NCBI GenBank assembly: GCA_028714495.1
Contig: JAQTMH010000004.1
Span: 64,232-128,231, forward strand
Direction of reading: 5' to 3'
Origin: Patescibacteria group bacterium
GTDB taxonomy: Bacteria > Patescibacteriota > Patescibacteriia > JAHIZJ01
Length of the DNA: 64,000 nucleotides
The notes beneath the pieces were generated by a model, which was not told the origin of the DNA, did not search any database, and saw only the letters and a program-made list of their open reading frames with translations. How positions within the stretch are numbered: position 1 is the stretch's first letter; every line of letters starts with the position of its first letter. Shown here in pieces: positions 1 to 8,152 of the stretch. The translations under genes were made by a program, and so were the position numbers.

Positions 1-45
1 TCAACCAAACAATCTCCGGTTTGACCTCGTCGTAGTAATACTACG

Positions 46-105
46 CCTCGGCCACAATCCTCCCCCGGATTCGGATCCGGGGTCGGCTCAAACGCGTAAG
101 TCCTA
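46..105. mobile_element. Right end of a MITE-like element (TIR ...CGCGTAAGTCC-TA); left end lies outside the window
   Basis: TCCCCCGGATT...ATCCGGGGT.G.CTCAAACG.GTAAGTCCTA matches the right end of the complete copy at 58265-58417. Confidence 0.7.
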
Positions 106-118
106 TAAATATCGAACA

Positions 119-790
119 ATGATCAAGGGAATTATCTACGATTTGGACGATGTGATTATCGATTCTTACGGACTCCATGTGAAAGCCACGGAAATGGTGC
201 TGGCTGGATTTGGCATTAAGCCCGACCAGCTAAAAATATCAGATAAACTTGAGGCCAAGCTGTTGGGCAAAAGAGTAATTGAAGTTATGGAAATACTGGC
301 AAAGCATCACAAGCTAAAGGTTGATCCAAGGATTCTTCATCAGCGGCGGGAAGAAATATTTCTGAAGCTGGCTCAGGCAGAGCTGGAGCTTTTTCCCGGA
401 GTAAAGGAATCGCTTCGTCTTTTTAAAACCGAAGGTTACAAAACCGCAGTTGCTTCATCCGGCACAAAGGGGCTGATAAATTTCGTTTTAGGCAAGTTTG
501 GCTTGTTCCACCTATTTGAAGAAATTGTTTCCGCTGAGGATGTAAAAAAGGGCAAGCCGGATCCAGAGGTTTTCAAAAAAGCCGCGGGAAAAATGGGGCT
601 CAAGCCTGAGGAATGCGTCGTGCTTGATGATTCCACGAACGGGATCATTGCCGCGAAGAAAGCCGGATGCAAATGCATCGCCGTGCCAAGCGCTCAGACC
701 CCGAAACAGGATTTATCAAAAGCCGACCGAATCGTTCAATCGCTTAACGAGATTACCCTCTCGATGATTAAACAATTTAATGAACAATAA
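119..790 (+). CDS. HAD-superfamily phosphatase (beta-phosphoglucomutase-like)
   Basis: Motif I DLDDVIIDS, motif II ASS, KPDP and DDSTNGI motifs. Confidence 0.9.
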   Translation: MIKGIIYDLDDVIIDSYGLHVKATEMVLAGFGIKPDQLKISDKLEAKLLGKRVIEVMEILAKHHKLKVDPRILHQRREEIFLKLAQAELELFPGVKESLRLFKTEGYKTAVASSGTKGLINFVLGKFGLFHLFEEIVSAEDVKKGKPDPEVFKKAAGKMGLKPEECVVLDDSTNGIIAAKKAGCKCIAVPSAQTPKQDLSKADRIVQSLNEITLSMIKQFNEQ

Positions 791-803
791 AAAGGATAAC
801 ACT

Positions 804-1496
804 ATGAAAAAAGATAATATTATTCGCATTGGCCACCGCGGCGCCTGCGGTTATGAACCGGAGAACACGCTCCGGTCGTTTCGAAAAGCGATTGAGCTAG
901 GCGTTGAGATGACAGAATTTGATGTGTATGTTTGTGCGACAGGCGAACTGGTCGTTATCCACGATGATAAAGTTGACCGTACAACTAACGGAACCGGTTA
1001 TGTTTTTAAAAAAACATTTTCCGAATTGAGACAGCTTGATGCCGGTCAAGGTGAAAAAATCCCAACGCTTGAAGAAGTGCTCGATGTGATCAATCGGAAA
1101 GCAAAAGTGAACATAGAATTAAAAGGTGTTGGGACAGCAAAACCGGTGGCTGAAACAATTATTCGTTATCAAAAGGAAAAAGGCTGGTTGATTGATGATT
1201 TTTTAGTTTCGTCGTTTAATCACCACGAATTAAAAGCATTTCATGATTTATTGCCAGAGATTCCAATCGGTGCCCTGATTACTGGGATCCCATTAAACTA
1301 TGCTGAATTTGCAGAAAAGCTGGGGGCTCAGTTTGTTAATGTGTCAATGGAGTTTGTAACTAGAGAATTTGTTGACGATGCGCACCAGCGAGGCCTGAAG
1401 ATTGCCGTTTTTACTGTAAATGAACCGGACGATTTTGAACTGATAAAGGCAATGGGCGTTGATGGAGTATTTTCTAACTTTCCGGATAGAATATAG
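804..1496 (+). CDS. Glycerophosphodiester phosphodiesterase (GDPD family)
   Basis: IGHRG..PENT, EFDV, HD..VDRTT, NIELK, FTVN motifs; ORF track start 780, second Met at 804. Confidence 0.93.
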   Translation: MKKDNIIRIGHRGACGYEPENTLRSFRKAIELGVEMTEFDVYVCATGELVVIHDDKVDRTTNGTGYVFKKTFSELRQLDAGQGEKIPTLEEVLDVINRKAKVNIELKGVGTAKPVAETIIRYQKEKGWLIDDFLVSSFNHHELKAFHDLLPEIPIGALITGIPLNYAEFAEKLGAQFVNVSMEFVTREFVDDAHQRGLKIAVFTVNEPDDFELIKAMGVDGVFSNFPDRI

Positions 1497-1544
1497 ACAA
1501 AGCAACAATTTTTGAATTTAAAAAGCTATGTTTTATTTATCCAC

Positions 1545-1666
1545 TTGCTTGTTAATTCCAAGGCCGCTATAATAATATAAGCTCTCTCTCACGCACTGGC
1601 CCGCCATATCCTCTTTCCCCATGATGCCTGGTGACTTTAGTCCGCGGCCCTAAAGTCACCTTTTTT
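1545..1666 (+). ncRNA. Candidate ~85-nt small RNA with its own promoter and terminator
   Basis: TTGCTT(1545)-17bp-TATAAT(1568); 11-bp perfect hairpin GGTGACTTTAG/CTAAAGTCACC plus T6 (1630-1666); no SD-led ORF between. Confidence 0.5.
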
Positions 1667-1729
1667 ATTTGCCTTCACACCAGCAGTTGTAGAGTTACTT
1701 AACAATATTTTCAGTACAAACGAAAGCGG

Positions 1730-1839
1730 AGCCATAGGCAAATAACCCGCCGAAGGCCCCCAATATTACCTAGCTGGTAAAAAGCCAGATAAATAATGAA
1801 AATAAGTACTGTTAAATAAATGCTAACCGGAGGCGGGTA
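1730..1839 (-). repeat. ~110-bp element, inverted homolog of 2714-2823
   Basis: Shared blocks TACCCGCCTCCGGTT, TTTTCATTATT, TAGGTAA, GGGGGCCTTC.GCGGGT, TTTGCC..TGGCT. Confidence 0.7.
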
Positions 1840-1942
1840 ATGACCACCTTATTACCAAGGATTTACATTGGAGATGCCGGAACCCCCTGACTAGATCGGG
1901 GGCCGGCATGACTGCAGAAGTGGTATTATTAGCCGCTGCAAA

Positions 1943-2056
1943 TAACCCCGCCCCAATCTCAGCCAAGTCCGTAGTTTGTCGTTGACCTAAGGCGAAGCCG
2001 CCTAGCGGCTTGCGCTTTTTCTTATTGATGGCGTCCATAAGATTGGGGCGGGGTTA
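1943..2056. mobile_element. MITE-like element, copy 1 (TIR TAACCCCGCCCCAATCT / AGATTGGGGCGGGGTTA)
   Basis: 17-bp perfect terminal inverted repeat including flanking TA; near-identical copy at 48881-48990. Confidence 0.8.
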
Positions 2057-2086
2057 AACAGCTATTTATTTTAAATAATTGTAAAA

Positions 2087-2371
2087 TTGACCCAAGCCCA
2101 AAAATATGCAATGATTATAAGGCCGAGAGGTTCTTGGCAACCGCTCATTCGGCCCATAACCACAAGGGGGTTCAATTTGAACTGGCCAGGGCTGCTATTC
2201 GACGCAGTCGCGGGGAGTGAGGTCGCGAACAAGGCCAACACGAAGACGGCCGAGCGTGACGACATGTCGTGAGCCAACTCAGGAGGACTCACCCATGAAC
2301 CGCATACGCGATTCCGACTGAACCGCCAAAGCGGTGCGCGGCAGAGGTTATCCAACCACTGCCGCCTTTTT
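2087..2371 (+). other. Candidate short transcription unit (structured RNA or micro-ORF MNRIRDSD at 2295-2321)
   Basis: TTGACC at 2087; AGGAGG SD at 2281 before ATG 2295; terminator GCGGCAG/CTGCCGC plus T5 at 2338-2371. Confidence 0.4.
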
Positions 2372-2415
2372 ACTTTAGGGAAATTAACAGAAGGCGGTTG
2401 TTATCCACAGCAGCT

Positions 2416-2697
2416 TTGACACTAGTAGTAAGTGGACTATAATATACCTGTCGTTCGCGTGTGCGGTTGTGCGGCAGGGGGAGTTGGCGAATGACAGCAG
2501 GTAAACCGTCGTGGCCGCATTAACTGGGGAAAGGAGAAATCCTATGGCCAACAGACGGTGGAGCTCGGTTCTCTTCTAGCTCTTCCTGGCGAAGAAGAGG
2601 GCTCAAAGGCTCCGGATGCCTGAAGGTGGCTGAAAGTATCTTGTCGGGGAGATCCGTGGCGGCTACGACAAGAGCTGGAAGCCACCTCTTTTTATTT
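2416..2697 (+). other. Candidate short transcription unit (micro-ORF MANRRWSSVLF 2544-2579 or ncRNA)
   Basis: Consensus TTGACA(2416)-16bp-TATAAT(2438); AAGGAG SD before ATG 2544; long hairpin AGGTGGCT...AGCCACCT plus T-run (2624-2697). Confidence 0.5.
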
Positions 2698-2713
2698 GCA
2701 GTGGCTAAAACCC

Positions 2714-2823
2714 TACCCGCCTCCGGTTGCTGCCTGCTTTCGCTTTTTCTATTACATTCATTTTTCATTATTACAACAGTTAGGTAAATAAGGGGGGCCT
2801 TCTGCGGGTATTTGCCCTTGGCT
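2714..2823 (+). repeat. ~110-bp element, inverted homolog of 1730-1839
   Basis: Block similarity by eye; internal TIR TACCCGC/GCGGGTA. Confidence 0.7.
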
Positions 2824-2893
2824 TCGACAATGTAATTAGTAATAGATAATCTTCCACCCATCACATTTGTTGGTTCTTTGTCAAATAAAAAAC

Positions 2894-2968
2894 GGGGCGA
2901 ACCGTCTGAAGGGAGCAAGCCGCAGAGAAGTTTCGGCAGGCGCGGCTTGCCAACCACCGGTTCGCCCC
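2894..2968 (+). ncRNA. Nested long hairpin, candidate structured RNA
   Basis: GGGGCGAACCG(2894)/CGGTTCGCCCC(2958) enclosing GCAAGCCGC(2915)/GCGGCTTGC(2942). Confidence 0.35.
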
Positions 2969-3160
2969 TTCCGGGCAATGGCGATCGGCGCATAGATTTT
3001 TGGAGTTGGGCGGGGTCACCCGGCAAGCTTTTCGGTAAACGCCGACCAATGAGCAATTCAGTACCCCCTAGGCTTCTCTTATAGTCCGGGCGGGAAAAAG
3101 CTCCGGCCCAGCTATGATTTTAGTATAGTTGTTATTGGATAGGCAGACAAGTGCTGGTAG

Positions 3161-3529
3161 TTATAGTTGTTTAACCATGTATGTATCTCGAAGTTTGTAG
3201 CCGATTTTACGATAGTACTCACGCACCCCGATGCCGGAGATAACGGCGATTTTTTAAAGCCTTTTTTGAGAGCGATTTTTTCAGCTTCACGCATTAATCT
3301 TTTGCCCAGGCCAAGATGCTGGACCGCTGATTCCTTCTTTTTTCCCCTTCAGTTCAATCAGCTGGCCGTATATGTGGAGCTCTCTAATCAGCGCGCCGTC
3401 CTTTAAAACCGGAAACAGCTGATTGATTTCCGGCGATGGATAAATTGGGAGCCGGACAAAGGCATAAAGCCTCTGGCGGTTTTTATTCTCGTAGAATATG
3501 AAATATTCAGTGCCAGCCGAAGCCACCAT
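3161..3529 (-). pseudogene. elp3: Frameshifted 3' fragment of a second, divergent elp3 allele (KAT domain end)
   Basis: LYAFVRLP, ALIRELHIYGQ, LMREAEKIA in shifting frames; 76 bp (3180-3255) identical to 4601-4676. Confidence 0.9.
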
Positions 3530-3556
3530 TTTTTTAATAATAAAAGGAGGCGTTAT

Positions 3557-4297
3557 TCACGCCTCGCGGGTCAGCTGTGCGATCTCGTCTTTGTAGAGAT
3601 CAAGCCACCCTTCATCAAAGAACCACTTGGGAACGAGTGATCCCTTTAGCCGCCGCTCGCGCTGGAGCGTCCGGTACGTCCAGACGCAGTGACCCTCGCT
3701 GCCGCGCACCTTAGGCGCGGTGACCGCCTGACGCACGACATTGTGCGGAAGTGTGTAGGGCGGATTGAATCCGCCGTTGATTTCGATGTAGGTGCGGCGC
3801 AGGTTGAGCGCTGCCGTGAGGAATCGCACGAGCAGGCTGAACCCGCGGTTGGTGCAGCATGCGTCGGGATGAACGATGATCAGGAACGACTGTCCCCGTC
3901 CGCGCATCGGGTGATTGATGCAATTCCAGGTGTCGCTGCCGTCGATTGCCCGGTCCGTTGTTCGGCACTCAGGCGGAGAGGACAGATACGTGATGGGGTC
4001 GCCGGGTTCGTCTCGCAGGAGCACCCGGTCAGTGGCACCGTTCACCATGAAGGCCCCGTGCCAGCCCAGGAGCTCGGGATGATACCGCGGAATCACGTAA
4101 AGACTGTCGTTCGGATCGTCCGAGAACGTGCAGCAGCCGCGCCAGAACGTGAAGGGATGCTTCTTCGGCGCGTAGAATGTGACGCGCCAGCGTTCCAGGC
4201 AGTCAGTCTCGACTTCCCAGCGCAGGAGAATGCCATAGCGTCTCCGGATGCGCGTGACCAGGCCCTTGAGGGCGCTTTCCAGACTAGGATAGAACAT
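3557..4297 (-). CDS. Orphan hypothetical protein (stand-alone cassette)
   Basis: 246-aa GC-rich ORF; GGAAGGGGG SD-like site; TTGACA promoter at about 4384 on minus strand. Confidence 0.7.
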   Translation of the reverse strand: MFYPSLESALKGLVTRIRRRYGILLRWEVETDCLERWRVTFYAPKKHPFTFWRGCCTFSDDPNDSLYVIPRYHPELLGWHGAFMVNGATDRVLLRDEPGDPITYLSSPPECRTTDRAIDGSDTWNCINHPMRGRGQSFLIIVHPDACCTNRGFSLLVRFLTAALNLRRTYIEINGGFNPPYTLPHNVVRQAVTAPKVRGSEGHCVWTYRTLQRERRLKGSLVPKWFFDEGWLDLYKDEIAQLTREA

Positions 4298-4578
4298 CAG
4301 TGTACCCCCTTCCGTGGATTTGGTTGGCTGTTGACAGTATTTGGCCGACAGCCCTTTTTATCATATTCAGTTTGTCTTGTCAAGGGCGTAAAAAGGCCGT
4401 CGGCTTGCATTTCTATGGATCGGTGTCGGTTCACTCCTATGAATGGTAACAATGACGATGCTAACCCCACGGCAACCGTGATGAGCATCCTGTACATTTT
4501 TAGCACATTGGGCGGTTATACGGCTGAGCCGCGACTCGGTGCTATTGAAACTATATTGCGTTGTCGGATGAATGATAA

Positions 4579-6159
4579 TTAGGACAGAGGTTTGACCATA
4601 TATGTATCTCGAAGTTTGTAGCCGATTTTACGATAGTACTCACGCACCCCGATGCCGGAGATAACGGCGATTTTTTTATAGCCTTTTTGGCGGGCGAGAC
4701 GTTCAGCCGTTAGCATCAGACGCTTGCCAAAACCCAAGTGCTGCACGGCTTTTTTATCTGTTTGACCGACAGGGATCATTTGGCCGTAAGTATGGAGCTC
4801 ACGGATAAGCGCTGTGTTTTTTAATACAGGTAACAACTGTTGCAGGCGAGATTGGCCAATCTCGCCTATGGGTGAATTGTTTGGCAGACGCAGGCGCAGG
4901 AAAGCATAAAGCTTCTTTCGAGTTTTATCCTCGAAAGAAATAAAGCACTCATCTCCAGCCGCGGCCCGGTATTTTTCGGCAAAAATCTTGGCTTGACTGG
5001 GTTTAACCTGGCTGGCACGAGCTTCGCGGCAACGAATGCATTGGCAGATTACGCCGCGCTCGCTTAGAACCTGGCGCAGGTTTGTCAGACGGCTTCCAGC
5101 CACGATATCTGGGCCGGGAATATCGCGCACCAGCCGTTCGATTCTGACCCAGCGGGGAACCAGCGCTTTCAGCTTTGGGATTAATGACATCAGTTGGCGC
5201 TCGGAATAGGGTTTATATTTCCCGCGTTTCCACAGATGATAAAGGGGAGAGTTTTTAAGCACCACGGTCGGATAGAGTTTTAGGAAATCGGGTTTGAAAC
5301 GCGGATCAGTAAAGACTTCCCGGAAGGTTTTGATATCTTTTGCCGGAGTAGCTCCAGGCAAGCCGGGCATGAGATGATAATTGATTTTTAAACCGGCCTC
5401 ACGCAAAAGTTTCGTGGCTTGGACTATGGTTTTAACATCGTGGCCGCGCTTAACCAGCTTGAGGATTCGATCGTCAGTGGTTTGAACGCCGATCTGAACG
5501 CGGGTAACGCCCAATTCACGCAGGCGCCTGATCTCTTCCGGAGTGATGAAGTCGGGCCGGGTCTCGATAGTCAGTCCGATAATCCGGTTTTTGGCGTGTT
5601 CATTCAGTTTCTGAGCAGCTGATAGGCCAGAGGCAGTTTTTCCATTAGCCGCGTCAAAGCATCGCTTAATAAACTGGGTCTGATAGGCTGTTGGGTAAGC
5701 CGACCAGGTGCCGCCGAGGACGATGAGTTCGATTTTATCAGTGGCGTGGCCATTGGCCTGAAGAGTGGCTATTCGGGTTTTTACTTGTCGATGAGGGTCA
5801 AATTTAGCGCGAAAAGCCCGTTGCGCCGCCGGTTCGGAAACCAGATAGCTTTTTGGCATCTGATCTTCGGCCGGACAGTAAACGCATTTGCCCGGGCAGG
5901 GGTAGGGCTTAGTTAGCGCGGTTATTACGGCCACGCCCGAAAGGGTGCGGATTTTGCGGCGGCGCAGGGTATTTAATAGAGGAGCGCTAACCGGCAAACG
6001 CCCGGCCTTTATCAATTGCCGATATGCCCGTAAAATAGTATTATTAGAGATGATCGGGAGATTAAACTCTTTGGCGGCGCGACGCTTAAATCCAGCCAAG
6101 TCTTCCGAGCTAGCGACGCTACTCCCCAATAATTTTTTGACTATGGGATACCAATCCAT
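4579..6159 (-). CDS. elp3: tRNA uridine(34) acetyltransferase Elp3 (radical SAM plus KAT)
   Basis: [63 protein letters not shown]; probable start MDWYP at 6159 (ORF track 6180). Confidence 0.96.
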   Translation of the reverse strand: MDWYPIVKKLLGSSVASSEDLAGFKRRAAKEFNLPIISNNTILRAYRQLIKAGRLPVSAPLLNTLRRRKIRTLSGVAVITALTKPYPCPGKCVYCPAEDQMPKSYLVSEPAAQRAFRAKFDPHRQVKTRIATLQANGHATDKIELIVLGGTWSAYPTAYQTQFIKRCFDAANGKTASGLSAAQKLNEHAKNRIIGLTIETRPDFITPEEIRRLRELGVTRVQIGVQTTDDRILKLVKRGHDVKTIVQATKLLREAGLKINYHLMPGLPGATPAKDIKTFREVFTDPRFKPDFLKLYPTVVLKNSPLYHLWKRGKYKPYSERQLMSLIPKLKALVPRWVRIERLVRDIPGPDIVAGSRLTNLRQVLSERGVICQCIRCREARASQVKPSQAKIFAEKYRAAAGDECFISFEDKTRKKLYAFLRLRLPNNSPIGEIGQSRLQQLLPVLKNTALIRELHTYGQMIPVGQTDKKAVQHLGFGKRLMLTAERLARQKGYKKIAVISGIGVREYYRKIGYKLRDTYMVKPLS

Positions 6160-6870
6160 ATGAAAAGCGATTTTGCTCAAACCTTGTTAAGAAAAGTCCG
6201 CGCCGACTATCAAATGCTGGCGGATCAGTATTCATCTACCCGGGAAGACATCTGGCCGGAGTATCTCGAGTTTCAAAAATATCTTCAGCCGGGAATGAAG
6301 GTTTTAGATATTGGCTGCGGCAATGGTAGATTAACGAAAATCTTCGATAAAGTAAAGGTTGATTATACCGGCGTGGATGTCAGCCCGCGTATGCTGGAGC
6401 AAGCCCGGAAGCTTTTCCCGGGTTATAAATTTCAGGTTGGCGATATTATGAATCTGCCGTTTAGCGAAGGAGAATTCGACGCGGTGTTTTGCCTCCAGGT
6501 CATCCACCAAATTCCCTCGGGCGAACTGCGCCGCCAAGCGCTTGGGCAAATGTCGCGGGTGCTTAAGCCAGGTGGCCGGATTATTGTAGCGGTTTGGAAT
6601 TTGTGGCGGCCGATTTACCGCTCGAAGCTTAATCGAAATAACCTGAAGAAATTTTTTGGTCTGACGCCGTACGACAAAAATGACATTTTGATACCCTGGC
6701 GCGATTCCGGGGTGGAGCAGTATTATCACGCCTTTACCCAGCCTGAATTGAAAAGGCTTTTGAGTCAGGCCGGTCTGAGGGTTGAACGGGAGTTTTTGGG
6801 CAAGGAATACAAAACAGACAGTAAGTACCACTTCAACAACATTGTCATCATCGCACAAAAAGCGGGTTAA
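6160..6870 (+). CDS. Class I SAM methyltransferase, Trm9/ALKBH8-like (putative tRNA cm5U34 methyltransferase)
   Basis: Y..LA..YS.TR...WP, LDIGCGNGR, VIHQI....RR.AL....RVLKPGG...VW, D..IPW, YYHAF...EL follow the Trm9/ALKBH8 motif order. Confidence 0.8.
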   Translation: MKSDFAQTLLRKVRADYQMLADQYSSTREDIWPEYLEFQKYLQPGMKVLDIGCGNGRLTKIFDKVKVDYTGVDVSPRMLEQARKLFPGYKFQVGDIMNLPFSEGEFDAVFCLQVIHQIPSGELRRQALGQMSRVLKPGGRIIVAVWNLWRPIYRSKLNRNNLKKFFGLTPYDKNDILIPWRDSGVEQYYHAFTQPELKRLLSQAGLRVEREFLGKEYKTDSKYHFNNIVIIAQKAG

Positions 6871-6949
6871 CTTGTAGTTCAGCGACTTAAACTCTAGAAT
6901 TAATCATTGGCTTCTGCTAGGATAAGAATATAATAAATAAACCAATAAC

Positions 6950-8107
6950 ATGTTCAAAAAGAAACCTCTCGTCATTATTTTGATTGCTGCCAGCGCGGTC
7001 TTTTTGCCGCTGGTTGTTTTGGCTGAAATCAACCGCTCGGTCTTAGTCGGCAGTAGTGAGGTCATTAATGATAATTTTGTTAATTTTGGGGAAGTTATAA
7101 CAGTTGACGGTCAGGTAAATGGTGATGTGATTTTGGGAGGCAGCGACGTGACGATCAACGGCCAGGTGGCAGGCGATGTCTTGATTGCCGCGGCCAACGT
7201 GACGATCAGCGGAGAAGTTTTGGGCAATGCCAGGATCGCGGCCAGCACTGTGATAATTCGTGGTACCATCGCGAAAAACGCGACAATCTTGGCGAATGAT
7301 CTCACCTTCACCGAAAAGGGCTCGATCGGCTGGAGCCTGGGCTACCTGGCCGGTTCAGCGGATTTAAAAGGAAAGGTGGCGGGCAATCTAACCGGCGAAT
7401 CGCTCTCTCTGACATTGGGCGGTCAGGTTGGCAGCAACGCCCAAGTTACGGTCGCGAGAAATAATTTGGTTCTTGATCCAGGCGTTAAAATCAAAGGCGA
7501 TTTGAACTACCGAACCCAGGCCGAAACCGCGATCAGGCCAGGGCAGGTAGGCGGGGTTGTTACGCATAACGAGATTGAGGATGTTCAAAATCAAGTCAGA
7601 AAGTTTTTTGTCGCGAGCTCATATTATCTGAAGCTAATATCCCTCCTTGGCTTGTTGCTGGTCGGTTTGCTGATTGTGGCGGTTTGTCCGAAAAAGGTCG
7701 AACAGATCATTCAAGAAATTACGGTCAAACCTTTAACAAAAATTGCCTGGGGTGTTCTGTTCCTTTTCGGTATTCCTGTCGCGGCTTTTATCCTTTTCAT
7801 TTCAATTATCGGCGCGCCGTTGGGTTTGATTGCTCTGGGCGCCTATCTCATATTGGTTTATCTCAGCCGGATTTTCTCGGGTTTGATAGTAGGAAAATAT
7901 GTTTTTGGCCTGATTTTTAAGGATCGGACCATTTCTCCGACCTTGTCTCTAATATTTGGAGTGGTTATCTTAGTTCTGGCCAGCTGGCTGCCTTATGTTG
8001 GCTGGCTGATCGGTCTGACGGCCACAGTTTTTGGACTTGCCGGAGCCATTTTGGTCGGTTTCCGAGACATCAGGAAGGAAAATCCGACAACGAGCGCAAA
8101 GAAATAA
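6950..8107 (+). CDS. Membrane protein with bactofilin-like beta-helix repeats and C-terminal TM bundle
   Basis: Signal peptide, repeated V.I.G.V.GD/N motifs, 6-7 hydrophobic helices. Confidence 0.8.
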   Translation: MFKKKPLVIILIAASAVFLPLVVLAEINRSVLVGSSEVINDNFVNFGEVITVDGQVNGDVILGGSDVTINGQVAGDVLIAAANVTISGEVLGNARIAASTVIIRGTIAKNATILANDLTFTEKGSIGWSLGYLAGSADLKGKVAGNLTGESLSLTLGGQVGSNAQVTVARNNLVLDPGVKIKGDLNYRTQAETAIRPGQVGGVVTHNEIEDVQNQVRKFFVASSYYLKLISLLGLLLVGLLIVAVCPKKVEQIIQEITVKPLTKIAWGVLFLFGIPVAAFILFISIIGAPLGLIALGAYLILVYLSRIFSGLIVGKYVFGLIFKDRTISPTLSLIFGVVILVLASWLPYVGWLIGLTATVFGLAGAILVGFRDIRKENPTTSAKK

Positions 8108-8152
8108 CCATTAACCAGGCAGCTGGTTTTTTGCCAGCGTGTTTTTCTATCT

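Noticed and set aside
2520-3056. 178-aa minus-strand ORF
   Set aside because: Runs through a repeat element and hairpins opposite plus-strand promoter/terminator units; no SD or recognisable domain.
1500-3110. Replication origin (TTATCCACA at 2401; near-matches at 1537 and 2348)
   Set aside because: Only one perfect DnaA box, no dnaA/dnaN nearby, and another perfect box occurs before groES.
3689-4582. 297-aa plus-strand ORF
   Set aside because: Antisense shadow of the GC-rich ORF 3557-4297, which has the SD and promoter.
3180-4676. elp3 duplicate as a DGR template/variable repeat pair
   Set aside because: The core is identical, flanking differences are not adenine-specific, and no reverse transcriptase is in the window.
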